A stretch of 64,000 nucleotides of DNA from a virus (lineage: Duplodnaviria > Caudoviricetes), in the IMG/VR virus record IMGVR_UViG_3300037483_000925, positions 1-64,000 of that record. One strand, written 5' to 3'. Made by a program: the position numbers and the translations under genes. A model generated the notes under the pieces. The model ran no database searches. It was given only the letters and a program-made list of their open reading frames with translations, and was not told where the DNA came from. Numbering within the stretch: the stretch's first letter is position 1; every line of letters starts with the position of its first letter. Below are positions 63,171 to 64,000 of this stretch, one piece after another.

Positions 63171-63370
63171 AAATATATCTTGCTGGTCACGGGGGGGGCT
63201 TGGAAAAGGAAGAAATCAAATTGATAGCAGTTGGAATCAAGAATCGGCTCCTTTCCTTCTTTTCTATCTCATGCCCGGAATTTTATTCCGAAAAAGGAAT
63301 ATTCAAATTATATGAAAATCTACTTGGCCCACAACGCCCCTTGGAGAGCAAGAGAAATGTTTTTAATTGA
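63167..63370 (+). CDS. MKIYLA-family mini-ORF 4
   Basis: MKIYLAGHGGG...NRLLSFF; G8 tract. Confidence 0.75.
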   Translation: MKIYLAGHGGGLEKEEIKLIAVGIKNRLLSFFSISCPEFYSEKGIFKLYENLLGPQRPLESKRNVFN

Positions 63371-63494
63371 GCGGGGGGGGATTAAATCAAGATTAATTTC
63401 TTATTTTTATGCAATTCGAGAAGGAGCAGCATCATTTCAATATCTCAAGGAAATCAATGAAAATCTACTTGGCCGGGACTCCGGGAATAATTAG
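63312..63494 (+). CDS. MKIYLA-family mini-ORF 5
   Basis: MKIYLAHNAPW...SRLISYF; G8 tract. Confidence 0.75.
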   Translation: MKIYLAHNAPWRAREMFLIERGGIKSRLISYFYAIREGAASFQYLKEINENLLGRDSGNN

Positions 63495-63633
63495 CAGGGA
63501 GGGGGGGTGGATAAAGTTATATGTTCATCGTCTGCTCTCGTTCTGGGATATTCAACAAGATCAATTTCAGGTACCTCAAGCCTTTAATTTGATCAAGGAA
63601 AGAAATGAATTTCGTACACCTCCACCTGCATGA
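63457..63633 (+). CDS. MKIYLA-family mini-ORF 6
   Basis: MKIYLAGTPG...HRLLSFW; G7 tract. Confidence 0.75.
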   Translation: MKIYLAGTPGIISREGGWIKLYVHRLLSFWDIQQDQFQVPQAFNLIKERNEFRTPPPA

Positions 63634-64000
63634 TCAGTTCTCCCTTCTGGATGGGCTCGGGACCGCTGACCAATATGCCGCCAGGGCCAAGGAATTGGAT
63701 CAGGGCATCCTGACCCTCACGAATCACGGCAACATCGACGGCCTGATCAAGTTCCAACGCGCCTGCACCAAGGCCGGGATTAAGCCCGTCCTTGGCTGCG
63801 AGCTATACATGGTCCCTGACCTCAGGAAGAAGGAAGCCAAGGAAAAGCGGCACCACATGACTGTCCTGATCCGGGACGAGGCCGGGTTCCGGAACCTGCT
63901 CCAGATGCTGTCCATCGCCAACCTGGAGGGGCACCATTACCGGCCCCGGGTGGACCCGGCCACGGTCCTGGGGCACCGGGAGGGGCTCGTTTTCATGTCC
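63605..64000 (+). CDS. dnaE: DNA polymerase III alpha subunit, N-terminal PHP domain (runs off the window)
   Basis: Read manually: MNFVHLHLHDQFSLLDG...TNHGNIDG...IKPVLGCELY...HMTVL...RPRVD. Confidence 0.93.
   Translation, partial: MNFVHLHLHDQFSLLDGLGTADQYAARAKELDQGILTLTNHGNIDGLIKFQRACTKAGIKPVLGCELYMVPDLRKKEAKEKRHHMTVLIRDEAGFRNLLQMLSIANLEGHHYRPRVDPATVLGHREGLVFMS

Noticed and set aside
61728-63633. Diversity-generating retroelement as the source of mini-ORF variation
   Set aside because: No reverse transcriptase in the window, and differences between copies are not adenine-restricted template/variable pairs
1-64000. tRNA genes, integrase, att sites, inteins
   Set aside because: None recognised by eye; TerL and helicases have normal lengths; lifestyle cannot be decided from this window

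Overview
The whole 64-kb window is part of one large tailed (siphovirus-like) dsDNA phage or prophage genome. I saw no host housekeeping genes, integrase, tRNA, rRNA or CRISPR array. Minus strand, 1-44376, read right to left: TerS/TerL, portal, MuF head-morphogenesis protein with an ADP-ribosyltransferase-like extension, scaffold, major capsid, two decoration-like paralogues, head-fibre/depolymerase-like genes, a 9.5-kb block of 13 glycosyltransferase/methyltransferase/deacetylase-like genes, head-tail connectors, tail tube, frameshifted tail chaperones, tape measure, tail tip/fibre and lysis genes. Plus strand, 44519-64000: GIY-YIG/HTH protein, sigma-like factor, helicases, primase, iteron-containing initiator, thymidylate-synthase-like enzyme, DNA methylase, 7-deazaguanine DNA-modification genes (queD, queE, queC, PRTase-folE, dpdA-like), beta clamp and the start of dnaE. 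Three candidate new systems stand out. (1) A virion glyco-coat: three structural proteins end in perfect (Ser-Pro-Ser-X)n tails finishing SPSASPSA-stop, in the same late operon as the glycosylation/methylation block. (2) An in-frame UGA at a conserved Cys of MuF, followed 11 nt later by a SECIS-like hairpin, suggesting selenocysteine or readthrough controls production of the MuF-toxin fusion. (3) A DpdA-like enzyme lacking its usual N-terminal segment, accompanied by six diverged mini-ORFs (MKIYLA...RLLSY) that look like interchangeable versions of it, four carrying G7-G8 tracts. All functional calls rest on motif recognition by eye; no database searches were run. A selenocysteine-using anaerobic host such as Desulfobacterota is only an inference.
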